A stretch of DNA of 64,000 nt. Origin: Nitrososphaeraceae archaeon (GTDB lineage: Archaea; Thermoproteota; Nitrososphaeria; Nitrososphaerales; Nitrososphaeraceae). Shown one piece after another: positions 1 through 9,794 of this stretch (position 1 is its first letter; each line of letters starts with the position of its first letter). Where the stretch lies: NCBI GenBank assembly GCA_035250975.1, contig DATFEP010000067.1, positions 1 to 64,000 on the forward strand, read 5' to 3'. Both the position numbers and the translations under genes were made by a program. Under the pieces are notes generated by a model. That model was not told the origin of the DNA. It was given only the letters and a program-made list of their open reading frames with translations, and searched no databases.

Positions 1-134
1 AGGATACAGGTTCTGTCGAGGATACAGGTTCTGTCGAGGATACAGGTTCTGTCGAGGATACAGGTTCTGTCGAGGATACAGGTTCTGTCGAGGATACAGG
101 TTCTGTCGAGGATACAGGTTCTGTCGAGGATACA
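1..134 (+). repeat. Perfect 18-bp tandem repeat (AGGATACAGGTTCTGTCG), 7 full copies plus 8 nt, running off the window start; encodes (EDTGSV)n in frame with rps2
   Basis: Identical units with no spacers; frame from position 3 reads DTGSVE...EDTNPETENLEK with no stop into the ATG at 162. Confidence 0.97.
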
Positions 135-746
135 AATCCAGAAACAGAAAATTTAGAAAAGATGATTTTGTCAACCGGAATAAGAGTCGGTACTCCAGTA
201 AAAACCAAATCCATGTCACCCTATATCATTAGATCTAATCCGGAAGGTCTATACATTTTGGATATCAGTAAAACACTACAACGAATAGATATCGCGGCGA
301 AATTCATAGGCAGAACTGCCATATCCAAGGTAGCCGTAACCTCAGCTAGAGAATATGGCAAGAAACCAGTTGAAAAATTCTGTGAGGCAACGGGTGCTAC
401 TCCTATCCTAGGTCGTTTTATGCCTGGAACATTTACAAATCCATCATTACCAAAATATCTGGAACCAGAAATTGTGATTGTGACGGATCCACAGGCTGAT
501 CATCAAGCTGTTATAGAATCTACGAGGGCAGGTGTTCCAGTAATTGCTGTTTCAAATAGCGATAATGTTATTTCGAACGTAGATCTGGTTATCCCTGCAA
601 ACAATAGAGGTAGGAAAGCGCTAGCGACTGTTTATTGGTTACTTGCTAGAGAGGTAATGAAGAAACAAGGAAAGATCAAATCAGAGAAAGAAATGAAAGT
701 AAGTATAGATGATTTCGAAACCAAATTAGTAGAAGAAATGGTTTGA
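3..746 (+). CDS. rps2: 30S ribosomal protein S2 (5'-partial, acidic repeat N-terminal extension)
   Basis: GRFMPGTFTNP, VTDPQADHQA, DLVIPANNRGRKAL motifs of archaeal uS2; frame open upstream of 162 to the window edge. Confidence 0.95.
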   Translation, partial: DTGSVEDTGSVEDTGSVEDTGSVEDTGSVEDTGSVEDTGSVEDTNPETENLEKMILSTGIRVGTPVKTKSMSPYIIRSNPEGLYILDISKTLQRIDIAAKFIGRTAISKVAVTSAREYGKKPVEKFCEATGATPILGRFMPGTFTNPSLPKYLEPEIVIVTDPQADHQAVIESTRAGVPVIAVSNSDNVISNVDLVIPANNRGRKALATVYWLLAREVMKKQGKIKSEKEMKVSIDDFETKLVEEMV

Positions 747-1591
747 GAGATCTAAACAGGTCTCCCAATTTTGCAGGAATTTTCTATCCTTCTAAAAAAG
801 ATGAACTCTTAGATCTACTTAACAAATGTTTTTACAAGAGCTATTTTGGTCCAAAAGAGAAATATAACAAGTTATTCAAACAAAAGATTTACGGATTTGT
901 GGTACCTCATGCAGCATATGAATTCTCAGGATCTATTGCTGCTCAAGCATACTATGAAATTTTAGACCTAAATACCGACACATTCATAATAATTGCTCCT
1001 GACCATAATGGAATAGGAAGTAAAATATCTATCCTAACCCAAGGAACATGGCAAACACCTCTTGGAATTATAAAAATAAATACTGATATTGCATCCAAAA
1101 TAATGAAAAATTCAACAAAAATTGAGGTAAATGTAAGTGCTCATAAGATAGAACATTCGATTGAAATACAAATACCCTTTATCCAGTTTTGTAGAAAAAA
1201 TCAATTCAGAATAGTTCCCATTCTAGTAAGGGATCAAGATGTAGAAACTGCTATAGAACTAGGAAGATCGATCGCTGAATCAATATACGATGAAAATGTT
1301 ATCATTATTGCCACCTCTGATTTTACTCATTATGAATCCAATATACAGGCGCATAATAAGGATCTGGAATTAATTAAAACAATAGAAAATTTAGAAATAG
1401 ATTCATTTTATAGTACGATCAAAGATATGAACATTTCCTTGTGTGGACATGGACCTATCGCTTCAGTAGTGAAAGCTGTACAAATACAAGGAGCAAAAAA
1501 AGGGACTCTATTAAAATATGCTACTAGTGGTGAAATTCAATCAGATTATAGAAATACTGTAGTTGGATATTGTGCAATAGCATTCACATGA
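743..1591 (+). CDS. MEMO1 family / AmmeMemoRadiSam protein B
   Basis: AGIFYP, VPHAAY, EHSIEIQIPF, SDFTHY, CGHGP, VGY motifs; typical position after rps2. Confidence 0.9.
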   Translation: MRDLNRSPNFAGIFYPSKKDELLDLLNKCFYKSYFGPKEKYNKLFKQKIYGFVVPHAAYEFSGSIAAQAYYEILDLNTDTFIIIAPDHNGIGSKISILTQGTWQTPLGIIKINTDIASKIMKNSTKIEVNVSAHKIEHSIEIQIPFIQFCRKNQFRIVPILVRDQDVETAIELGRSIAESIYDENVIIIATSDFTHYESNIQAHNKDLELIKTIENLEIDSFYSTIKDMNISLCGHGPIASVVKAVQIQGAKKGTLLKYATSGEIQSDYRNTVVGYCAIAFT

Positions 1592-2583
1592 ACAATAGCC
1601 ACAAAATGAACACTTCAGCATCAGCGCCAGGAAAAATAATTCTGTTTGGGGAGCATTTTGTTGTTTATGATAAGCCAGCGATTCTTGCATCACTCAATAG
1701 AAGAATCTATGTGAAGGTAATTAGAAAACATTATGAAATAAATAACGAGATAGTAATTAATAACGAATTATTTGGAAATAAATCGTATCCTATTTCTATT
1801 TTTCGTAATTTAAAAGAACGAAAAATAATTAGTGATGAATATTATCCAATTCTGTTCATAACAAAAAAAATTTTTAATGAAAATAAATATAAAGAAAGTT
1901 TAGAATTTACTTACAAATCTGATATTCCTTATGGCATGGGGTTGGGTTCCTCTGCTGCTGCAGCAGTCGCTACAGTTGCAGCATTATCAAAGATATTTAA
2001 TAAGAAAGTCGAAGATAAAAAAATATTAAAATTAGCAATAGAAGCTGAAAAATTAGTACACAAGAATTCATCAGGAGCAGACTGTATAATTTCTGCTCAC
2101 GGTGGTCTAATATTCTTTCAGAAGCATACTAGATTCAAAAAGATATACCCCAAGAAAGTATTATCATTTATTCTAATAAATACTGGGATCAAGCATTCGA
2201 CTGGACAACTTGTAAATATTGTAAAAAAATATCAACAACAAAATTTAAGAGAGTTTGTTAATTTGTCCAAAGCATCAGAAGAAATTACAAAAAGGGCAGC
2301 AAGAGCATTAGAAGAAGGTGATAAAATTATGGTAGGTGAACTAATGACTGAAAATCAAAGATTATTACAAAAAATAGGTGTATCTAATAAAATAATCGAT
2401 AAAATCATTAATTTATGTTCAGCCTATGGTGCTCTTGGATCCAAGATAACAGGTGCTGGCGGGGGAGGATGTGTTTTGGTATTAACAGAACAAGAGAATA
2501 GAGAAAATTTTATATCAAAAATAAGAAAAGAAGGATTTGAGTGTATATCCGTAATTTTAGAAAGTAAAGGATTATTATATTAA
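1588..2583 (+). CDS. mvk: Mevalonate kinase
   Basis: APGKIILFGEH, PYGMGLGSSAA (GHMP), SGAD, KITGAGGGG; ATG 1588 overlaps the upstream TGA. Confidence 0.95.
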   Translation: MNNSHKMNTSASAPGKIILFGEHFVVYDKPAILASLNRRIYVKVIRKHYEINNEIVINNELFGNKSYPISIFRNLKERKIISDEYYPILFITKKIFNENKYKESLEFTYKSDIPYGMGLGSSAAAAVATVAALSKIFNKKVEDKKILKLAIEAEKLVHKNSSGADCIISAHGGLIFFQKHTRFKKIYPKKVLSFILINTGIKHSTGQLVNIVKKYQQQNLREFVNLSKASEEITKRAARALEEGDKIMVGELMTENQRLLQKIGVSNKIIDKIINLCSAYGALGSKITGAGGGGCVLVLTEQENRENFISKIRKEGFECISVILESKGLLY

Positions 2584-2617
2584 AATTTAAATCAAGTGTT
2601 TTTTTTCTATCTTTTAA

Positions 2618-3406
2618 TTGAGTAGCCAAGTTGGTTTAATAAAATTAGGTGGATCAATTATAACTAATAAAGATAAACCTCTGACTGCAAATCATCAGAT
2701 AATTACAGATCTTGCAAAATCTATATCAAGAATCAAACGACCATTAATATTAGTACATGGAGGTGGTTCATTCGGTCATTACTGGTCGGTTAAATTTGAC
2801 ATGCATACCAAACCAGAAAAATATAGCTCAAAAGGCATATCAATAGTTCATTCCTCCATGTTAGATCTTAATAAGATAATTAATGAAATTTTTGAAAAAG
2901 AAGGGCTTTACCCTTATAGCGTACCACCATTTTCGTTCCTAAACAACGGAAAGCCATCAAGACTTAAAATTAAAGAATTAGAAAAAATGACTGAACATAA
3001 TATTATTCCTATAACATACGGAGACGTCGTCCATATGCGTGAAAATAAATATTCTATACTTTCAGGTGACGTGATTATGAGGTTATTAAGTAATATTTTA
3101 AACCCGTACAAAGCTATCTTTACAATAAATGTAGATGGTTTGTACAATAACCTAATAGAAAAAAAAATAATACAAGAAATAAAACCATCGAGCTTCAATA
3201 TAAAGAATAAAAAGATAATAATGGAACAATTGGGTGAAATCAATGATGTAACCGGAGGTATGAAAAGAAAAGTTGAAGAGGCTATAAAGATTGCTCAACA
3301 TGGAAATGATGTTATTTTTCTCAATGGATTGCATCCATCTAACCTTGAAAAAGTATTCAAAGGAAAAAAAATCAAAGGTACAATTTTTAAAGCCAATAAG
3401 AAGTAA
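2618..3406 (+). CDS. ipk: Isopentenyl phosphate kinase
   Basis: IKLGGSIITNK, VHGGGSFGH, SGD, DVTGGM amino-acid-kinase motifs; between mvk and fni. Confidence 0.93.
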   Translation: MSSQVGLIKLGGSIITNKDKPLTANHQIITDLAKSISRIKRPLILVHGGGSFGHYWSVKFDMHTKPEKYSSKGISIVHSSMLDLNKIINEIFEKEGLYPYSVPPFSFLNNGKPSRLKIKELEKMTEHNIIPITYGDVVHMRENKYSILSGDVIMRLLSNILNPYKAIFTINVDGLYNNLIEKKIIQEIKPSSFNIKNKKIIMEQLGEINDVTGGMKRKVEEAIKIAQHGNDVIFLNGLHPSNLEKVFKGKKIKGTIFKANKK

Positions 3407-3415
3407 TTGAGAGAT

Positions 3416-4504
3416 ATGTCTGACAGTAAGGGAGAAGATATTAAAATCATTATGCAACGAAAGAAGGACGGAATAGATATTCCTCTTTCTAATAATGTTC
3501 AATCTAGGTTTTCTTCTACCTATTTAGAATATGTAAAACTAATTCACAACGCATTACCCGAAATTAATTATCAAGATATAGATCTTTCTACCAGTTTCTT
3601 AAATCACAAATTTGCATGTCCTATAATAATAGATTCAATGACAGGGGGAACACAGGAAGCTTCAAAAATCAATTTGCGGTTAGGCAGGATAGCAGAAAAA
3701 TACGAACTGGGCATGGGGCTTGGAAGTCAGAGGGCAGGATTAAAAAGTGAATCCCTAGCAGAAACTTATTCTATTGCAAGAAAAAATGCACCATCGGCAT
3801 TCTTGATCGCAAATATCGGAGGAGCTCAACTTGCTGAAGGACTAGATATAGATATGATTGAAAAAATCATTTCGATGATAGAAGCGAATGCTTTAGTTAT
3901 TCATCTTAACCCGCTACAAGAACTAATTCAACCAGAAGGAGAACCTCGTTATAAAGGTGTAGCCGATAAAATATCGTATCTTAAAGAAAAAATAGATGTA
4001 CCCATTATAGTAAAAGAAGTTGGATCTGGAATTTCGAAAGAGGTAGCTGTCAAGTTAGAAAAGATTGGAGTAAATTGCATCAATGTTTCTGGTTCAGGAG
4101 GAACGAGTTGGGCAGGAATAGAAGGGATTAGGGCCGGACGAGCAAAAGATACAATAAAAGAACATCTTGGAGAATTGTTTTGGGACTGGGGCATTCCTAC
4201 TGCTCTAAGCCTGATCGAGGCAAAAAAATCGGTACACATTCCATTGATTGCATCAGGGGGAATTAGAAATGGTTTGGAGATAGCGAAATGCTTAGTGTTA
4301 GGAGCAAAAATGTGTGCACTAGCTTATCCCTTTCTCTATGCAGCTTCCCAATCAGAAGAAACTCTTGTTAAATTTACAGAATTGATCATTACTGAACTTA
4401 AGAGTGTAATGTTTCTCACAGGCTCGTCAAATATTTCTCAATTACCAACATTAAGATATATATTAACAGGAGAATTAGCAGATAGGGTTACCAAAAATGA
4501 ATGA
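3416..4504 (+). CDS. fni: Type 2 isopentenyl-diphosphate delta-isomerase
   Basis: MTGG, GSQRA, HLNPLQE, KEVGSG, GGTSWAGIE, SGGIRNG. Confidence 0.95.
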   Translation: MSDSKGEDIKIIMQRKKDGIDIPLSNNVQSRFSSTYLEYVKLIHNALPEINYQDIDLSTSFLNHKFACPIIIDSMTGGTQEASKINLRLGRIAEKYELGMGLGSQRAGLKSESLAETYSIARKNAPSAFLIANIGGAQLAEGLDIDMIEKIISMIEANALVIHLNPLQELIQPEGEPRYKGVADKISYLKEKIDVPIIVKEVGSGISKEVAVKLEKIGVNCINVSGSGGTSWAGIEGIRAGRAKDTIKEHLGELFWDWGIPTALSLIEAKKSVHIPLIASGGIRNGLEIAKCLVLGAKMCALAYPFLYAASQSEETLVKFTELIITELKSVMFLTGSSNISQLPTLRYILTGELADRVTKNE

Positions 4505-5498
4505 CGACATTCAAAAGGACATAGATTCTCACATTAACGCTGTTAACAATTATCTTGTTTCATTACTAAGAGGTAACCCTAAAGAACTCTACCAGGCATC
4601 TTCTCATTACATCATAAGTGGAGGAAAACGTCTGAGACCCATAATGACAATAAAATCATGCGAAATGTTTGGAGGGTCAGAACAGGATGCTTTACCAGCT
4701 GCATCCGCAGTAGAATTTATTCATAATTTTTCCTTAGTACATGATGACATTATGGATAATGATGATTTCAGACACGGAATACCAACTGTACATAAACATT
4801 TTGGTATCGCTCTAGCCATATTATCAGGAGATATTCTTTTTTCCAAAGCATTTCAGGTACTGTCATGTAAGAGCAGCAATTCGACAAAGGATAGTTCTTT
4901 GTTAAAAATGGTTCAAAGACTTGCGACGGCCTGTATCGATATATGTGAAGGACAGTCGCTAGATATGCAGCTATCTAGATCAAATTCATTCCCTACAGAA
5001 GGAGAGTATATAGAAATGATCTCTAAAAAAACTGCAGCGCTTTTTGAGGTCTCTTGTTCTCTTGGAGCTCTCTCGTCTAAAGACGCAACAGAAGTAGATG
5101 TGAATAATTTAGCATCATTTGGAAGAAATTCAGGAATCGCGTTCCAATTGATAGACGATTTAATTGGAATTAAAGGTGATTCAAGGGAAACAGGTAAATC
5201 GGTTGGCAATGATGTTAGAGAGGGTAAAAAAACCTTTCCTATTCTTTTATCAATTAAAAATGCTGACTCATATCAGAAACAAAAAATTTTAAATGTTTTT
5301 GGAAATAAAGACTCTAGCAGTAATGAGATGGAGGAAGTGGTAAAAATAATATCTTCTCTTCATATAGAACAAATTGTTAGAGAGACAGCTATGAATTACA
5401 TAAAAAAAGCAATGGATTCAATAACTAGCTATGAACAATCAAAATCCAAAAAAATACTGCAAGAAATATCTTTTTTTATCATAAATAGGAGTAAGTAA
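4497..5498 (+). CDS. Geranylgeranyl diphosphate synthase (polyprenyl synthetase)
   Basis: GGKRLRP, HDDIMDNDDFRHG (FARM), KTA, FQLIDD (SARM), DVREGKKT. Confidence 0.93.
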   Translation: MNDDIQKDIDSHINAVNNYLVSLLRGNPKELYQASSHYIISGGKRLRPIMTIKSCEMFGGSEQDALPAASAVEFIHNFSLVHDDIMDNDDFRHGIPTVHKHFGIALAILSGDILFSKAFQVLSCKSSNSTKDSSLLKMVQRLATACIDICEGQSLDMQLSRSNSFPTEGEYIEMISKKTAALFEVSCSLGALSSKDATEVDVNNLASFGRNSGIAFQLIDDLIGIKGDSRETGKSVGNDVREGKKTFPILLSIKNADSYQKQKILNVFGNKDSSSNEMEEVVKIISSLHIEQIVRETAMNYIKKAMDSITSYEQSKSKKILQEISFFIINRSK

Positions 5499-5499
5499 A

Positions 5500-7227
5500 T
5501 TGGAATTTGATGATGATACCTTTAATAAAATAAAAATCATCATCTTGAAAAATGCTGTAGAATACGAGGAAGCTAGACTTGATGCCGTTATTTCAAAAAT
5601 AATAGCTATGGATCAGGATTACAAAAAAGAAATAAAAAAAATAATTCCAAAAATAAAAGAAGAGATTGACAAAATAAACGCGTTACCGAAAAAAAGTCAA
5701 ATAGAATTACTAAAAGAAATAGATCCCACTTATGGACATAAAAAAATAAATACTACGGATAAAAAGGAGTTTAATCTCCCTAAATTGAATAATGCCATAG
5801 AAGGTTTCGTTATAACTAGATTCCCACCAGAACCAAATGGATATCCCCATATTGGACATGCAAAAGCAGCTATAATTGACGAGGAATATGCAAGACATTA
5901 TAAAGGTAAATTTATTTTGAGATTTGATGATACTAATCCATTAAATGAGAAGATAGAATATTATGATGCGATATTAGAGGGCATAAAATGGCTGAAGATC
6001 AATCCAGATATAATTAAGAATACATCTGACGATATTAATTTATTACACAAATATGGAAAAGAAATAATAAAATCGGACAGAGCCTACATATGTACCTGTC
6101 TACCGGATACAATTCATAAATTACGAGCAAATGGAATCCAATGCAAATGCAGGAAAGATTTGTCTATCACTTTAGAAAATATGGATAAAATTTTTAGCGG
6201 GTATTTTCATACAAATGATGCTATCATAAGATTCAAAGGAGATATGTCTGGAAAAAATACAGCTATGAGAGATCCAACATTATTCAGAATAATTGAAAAG
6301 GAACATCCAAAACTAGGAAATAAGATATTTCTTTGGCCTACTTACGATTTTGCTGCACCCGTTGAAGATAGTTTGGACGGTGTAACTCATGCATTAAGAA
6401 CTAAAGAATATGAATTAAGAAATGAGTTGTATCGCACGATCTTAACGATCCTTAAATTGAGGATACCAGAAGTAATAGAATTTTCCAGATTGGAGTTTGA
6501 AGGGTTACCCGTTTCAAAGAGAAAAATAAAACCACTAATAGAAAATTCCGTTATCAAAGATTGGGATGATCCTAGGTTACCAACTTTAATTGCATTTAAA
6601 AAAAGAGGATTTACACCTGAGGCAATTAGACAATTTGTACTATCACTTGGATTGACCCTGTCAGAGACAAAGCCTTCGATGCAGATCCTTGAATCATTTA
6701 ATAGGAAAATAATAGAACATGAATCAAAAAGACTTTTTTTTGTAAATGAACCTTTTAAAATTACTTTAAAAAACTGCCCTCCCCTAGATGTTAAAATAAA
6801 GAACCATCCATCCTTGAATATGGGTACAAGAAATATTTCAGTTAAGGATATCTTATATATATCTTCGGTAGATGCCAGAAAGTTAAATATTGGAAGTGAA
6901 CTCCGATTAATAGAACTATATAATATAGTTATTAAAGAAATAAACTTTAAAGAAAAAGAGGCTTTGGCTGAATGCAGCGGAAAAGTATTGAGAAATGATA
7001 TTCCAAAAATTCAATGGGTATCTAATGAACGTTTTGTTGAATATAAAATTATTAAACCTAATGTACTGTTCATTAAAGAAAAATTTAATCCTGACAGTCT
7101 TGAAATTTTGCATGGATTCGCAGAATCTTTTGTGTCCACTTTATCAAAAGATACAAGAATCCAATTTATAAGAGAAGGATTTTGTAGAATAGAAGACAGC
7201 AACACCTCAATATTCACACACAAATAG
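5500..7227 (+). CDS. gltX: Glutamate--tRNA ligase
   Basis: RFPPEPNGYPHIGH, LRFDDTNP, VSKRK, WDDPRLPTL. Confidence 0.97.
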   Translation: MEFDDDTFNKIKIIILKNAVEYEEARLDAVISKIIAMDQDYKKEIKKIIPKIKEEIDKINALPKKSQIELLKEIDPTYGHKKINTTDKKEFNLPKLNNAIEGFVITRFPPEPNGYPHIGHAKAAIIDEEYARHYKGKFILRFDDTNPLNEKIEYYDAILEGIKWLKINPDIIKNTSDDINLLHKYGKEIIKSDRAYICTCLPDTIHKLRANGIQCKCRKDLSITLENMDKIFSGYFHTNDAIIRFKGDMSGKNTAMRDPTLFRIIEKEHPKLGNKIFLWPTYDFAAPVEDSLDGVTHALRTKEYELRNELYRTILTILKLRIPEVIEFSRLEFEGLPVSKRKIKPLIENSVIKDWDDPRLPTLIAFKKRGFTPEAIRQFVLSLGLTLSETKPSMQILESFNRKIIEHESKRLFFVNEPFKITLKNCPPLDVKIKNHPSLNMGTRNISVKDILYISSVDARKLNIGSELRLIELYNIVIKEINFKEKEALAECSGKVLRNDIPKIQWVSNERFVEYKIIKPNVLFIKEKFNPDSLEILHGFAESFVSTLSKDTRIQFIREGFCRIEDSNTSIFTHK

Positions 7228-7235
7228 GTGGAAAA

Positions 7236-8120
7236 ATGAAAATCGCTAGAATAAAAAACAATAAATTTGGAGAAACTTATGGAGTAGTGTCAAGAGACTT
7301 TAATAAAGTAATTACAAAAACCGAGATACAAGAACAAACAGGGGTACCTATACCGCAAAACATAAAGGATTTCATATTTGGAAATTGGATTGATGAATTA
7401 AAAAAATACGAAAGTAAATTAGTTTTTTCATTAAATATAGAAGATGTGGAATTACTCGCACCACTACCAAACCCCAGTAAAATTATTTGTCTTGCATTTA
7501 ATTACTATGATCATGCCCAAGATGCAGGACTAACTCCCTCTCAAGAACCAGTAATTTTTATAAAGCCAAGAACCGCCTTAAACAACCCATTTAACGATAT
7601 TCGTTGTCCTGGAAATGTGCAAAGACTTGATTATGAAGCTGAACTAGCGGTAATAATCGGTAAAAAAATAAAAAATATTTCGCAAGAAGATGCAATGAAC
7701 TCGATATTTGGATATATGATATTTCATGATGTATCTGCAAGGGATATTCAATTTAAAGATAAACAATTTACCAGGGGAAAGAGCATAGACACTTTTGCTC
7801 CCTGTGGACCGTGGATTACAACCGTAGATGAAGTTAAAGATCCTCAGAGTTTGAAAATAATTACAAAGGTTAACGATGAGATCCGCCAAAATTCCTCTAG
7901 TAGTAAGATGGTTATACCAATAAAGAAGATCATTTCTAGTTTAAGTCAATTAATGACCATAGAACCAGGTGACATCATCTCAACAGGAACTCCTGCAGGA
8001 GTTGCAATGTCTATGAATAATCCAAAATATCTAAAAGATGGAGATATTGTAGAAATAAATATTGAAAAATTAGGAAAGATAAGAAATAGAGTTGTTTTTA
8101 TAGAAAAAGTCAATTTGTAA
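7236..8120 (+). CDS. Fumarylacetoacetate hydrolase family protein
   Basis: NYYDH, DYEAEL, HDVSARD, GKSIDTFAPCGP, GDIISTGTPAGV. Confidence 0.92.
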   Translation: MKIARIKNNKFGETYGVVSRDFNKVITKTEIQEQTGVPIPQNIKDFIFGNWIDELKKYESKLVFSLNIEDVELLAPLPNPSKIICLAFNYYDHAQDAGLTPSQEPVIFIKPRTALNNPFNDIRCPGNVQRLDYEAELAVIIGKKIKNISQEDAMNSIFGYMIFHDVSARDIQFKDKQFTRGKSIDTFAPCGPWITTVDEVKDPQSLKIITKVNDEIRQNSSSSKMVIPIKKIISSLSQLMTIEPGDIISTGTPAGVAMSMNNPKYLKDGDIVEINIEKLGKIRNRVVFIEKVNL

Positions 8121-8423
8121 TCATAGATCAGTTCGTTGATACTTTTCAACTATTCTATTCAATTGAACATTTTTGGATTCCAACTCTTTAGAATAATATT
8201 CATAACATTTTATTAATTCTCCTCTTACATTAGACAACTGAATAGTAATGTTTAATGCATCTAAACAAGATTCGATAGACCGTTCTGTAGCAAAGACATT
8301 CATTTTACTATTAAATTGATCGATAAGTTTTTTTTGTTCGATTTTTTGCTCGTTTATTGTATTCACTAAATCTTTATTATCATCAAAATTTCTTGCATTT
8401 CTAATATTTGACCAATTTACCAT
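8121..8423 (-). CDS. Hypothetical coiled-coil protein
   Basis: 100-aa ORF with ATG filling the gap; helical charged composition. Confidence 0.7.
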   Translation of the reverse strand: MVNWSNIRNARNFDDNKDLVNTINEQKIEQKKLIDQFNSKMNVFATERSIESCLDALNITIQLSNVRGELIKCYEYYSKELESKNVQLNRIVEKYQRTDL

Positions 8424-8540
8424 TATGTTTAATTTTATTCAAGAATATCAATATTTGTGTTTTGCAAAAAAATGCTTCTAATTTTCTTAAATTTAGAATA
8501 ACACATATAAAGACTAGAAAGAATATTCACGATAGTTCTA

Positions 8541-9383
8541 ATGGTAGTTGAAAATAAAGCAACGGTATCTTATATTCGGGTTTTAAAAGAGGATCTTTGT
8601 ATTTTACGTATAAAATCAAACGATGGTCCTATTCCAGATTTTAAGGCGGGTCAGTTTTTAACACTTTCGCATATGAATCCAGACGAAGGAAAAATTGTGA
8701 GGAGGGCATATTCTATTGCCTCTCCACCTGAACAAAAAAAATATTTTGAATTACTCATAAGATGGGTTCGCAAACCATTACCAGGTCGACTAACTACTCA
8801 ATTATTTAATAAAAAAGAAGGTGAGCAAATTGGTTGGATAAAGCCAACAGGGGCATTTACAATAGATGAGAAAATGCATGATGGATCACCGGATAATAGA
8901 AGACTTGTTTTGATTGGTGGTGGCACAGGTTTGGCCCCCTTCATTTCTTACAGTCTTCACCTAAAAGCGGTAGGAAGTAAAAGGGAAATAGTTGTATTAC
9001 ATGGAGCTAGTTTTGTTGATGAGCTAAGTTATAGGGAATTACTTACTGATTTGGAAGAAGAAAGCTTAGACAAAGGAAAAGATAACTGGAATTTTAGATA
9101 TCGTGCAAGCATAAGTAGACCCCAAGAAGGTTTCAATAGATCATGGGGAGGACAAAAGGGAAGAGTAGAGTCATTCTTAAAGCCATATCCAGGCACTGAC
9201 AGGTCACCTCTTGAGAAGTTAGTTGGTGAAAAAGTAACTCCTGAAAATACATCATTTTATGTCTGTGGTTGGCAAGGTACTGTCGATGGAGTCCTTGATT
9301 ATCTTGTTCCAAAAGGGTTTGTAACTGATAGAAACAAAAGACCGGACGGAAATTACGACATAAAGTTTGAATCATACGGTTAA
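8541..9383 (+). CDS. Ferredoxin--NADP(+) reductase family oxidoreductase
   Basis: FKAGQF, RRAYSIAS (RxYS), GGGTGLAPF, YVCG. Confidence 0.92.
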   Translation: MVVENKATVSYIRVLKEDLCILRIKSNDGPIPDFKAGQFLTLSHMNPDEGKIVRRAYSIASPPEQKKYFELLIRWVRKPLPGRLTTQLFNKKEGEQIGWIKPTGAFTIDEKMHDGSPDNRRLVLIGGGTGLAPFISYSLHLKAVGSKREIVVLHGASFVDELSYRELLTDLEEESLDKGKDNWNFRYRASISRPQEGFNRSWGGQKGRVESFLKPYPGTDRSPLEKLVGEKVTPENTSFYVCGWQGTVDGVLDYLVPKGFVTDRNKRPDGNYDIKFESYG

Positions 9384-9409
9384 TTTTCTTATTTTTGTGC
9401 TGGTTTGAA

Positions 9410-9739
9410 ATGAGGTTTGAATACGAAGAATTCTTATCTGTAAATGAATTATTAATTTATATCGCTTCTATTGCACCATATATGAAACAATTACTTCCAA
9501 TTACAAGTTATAAAGGATATATTTTTTCCCTACTACCCATATCACAATCCTCAACAGAACATTTGATGATGGTCTACACTAAGGAAGGAATCCAAGGAAA
9601 TTTACTAGAGTTTGATATTTCCTCTAGAACTCACAAATCGGTTCAATCTGTCGAAAGACAAGACAAAAATTATTTTGTGGTAATAAAACCCAACTCTGCA
9701 ACATTAGCTGATAAAGCAATAGAAAATTTAGAGAAGTAA
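9410..9739 (+). CDS. Hypothetical protein, probably co-transcribed with the FNR gene
   Basis: ORF starting 26 nt after the FNR stop; ATG at 9410 preferred over TTG at 9395. Confidence 0.75.
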   Translation: MRFEYEEFLSVNELLIYIASIAPYMKQLLPITSYKGYIFSLLPISQSSTEHLMMVYTKEGIQGNLLEFDISSRTHKSVQSVERQDKNYFVVIKPNSATLADKAIENLEK

Positions 9740-9794
9740 AAAAAGTATTTTTCGATCTTAATTATTTTATTATTATTTTATTATTATTTTGCGG

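Noticed and set aside
1-134. Possible CRISPR array
   Set aside because: Units are contiguous 18-mers with no unique spacers, in frame within rps2; no cas genes in the window
2914-7889. Short antisense ORFs (2914, 3152, 3949, 4913, 5710, 6916, 7011, 7644), and similar shadow ORFs throughout the window
   Set aside because: They lie within or across well-supported genes on the opposite strand or in another frame and have no recognisable motifs
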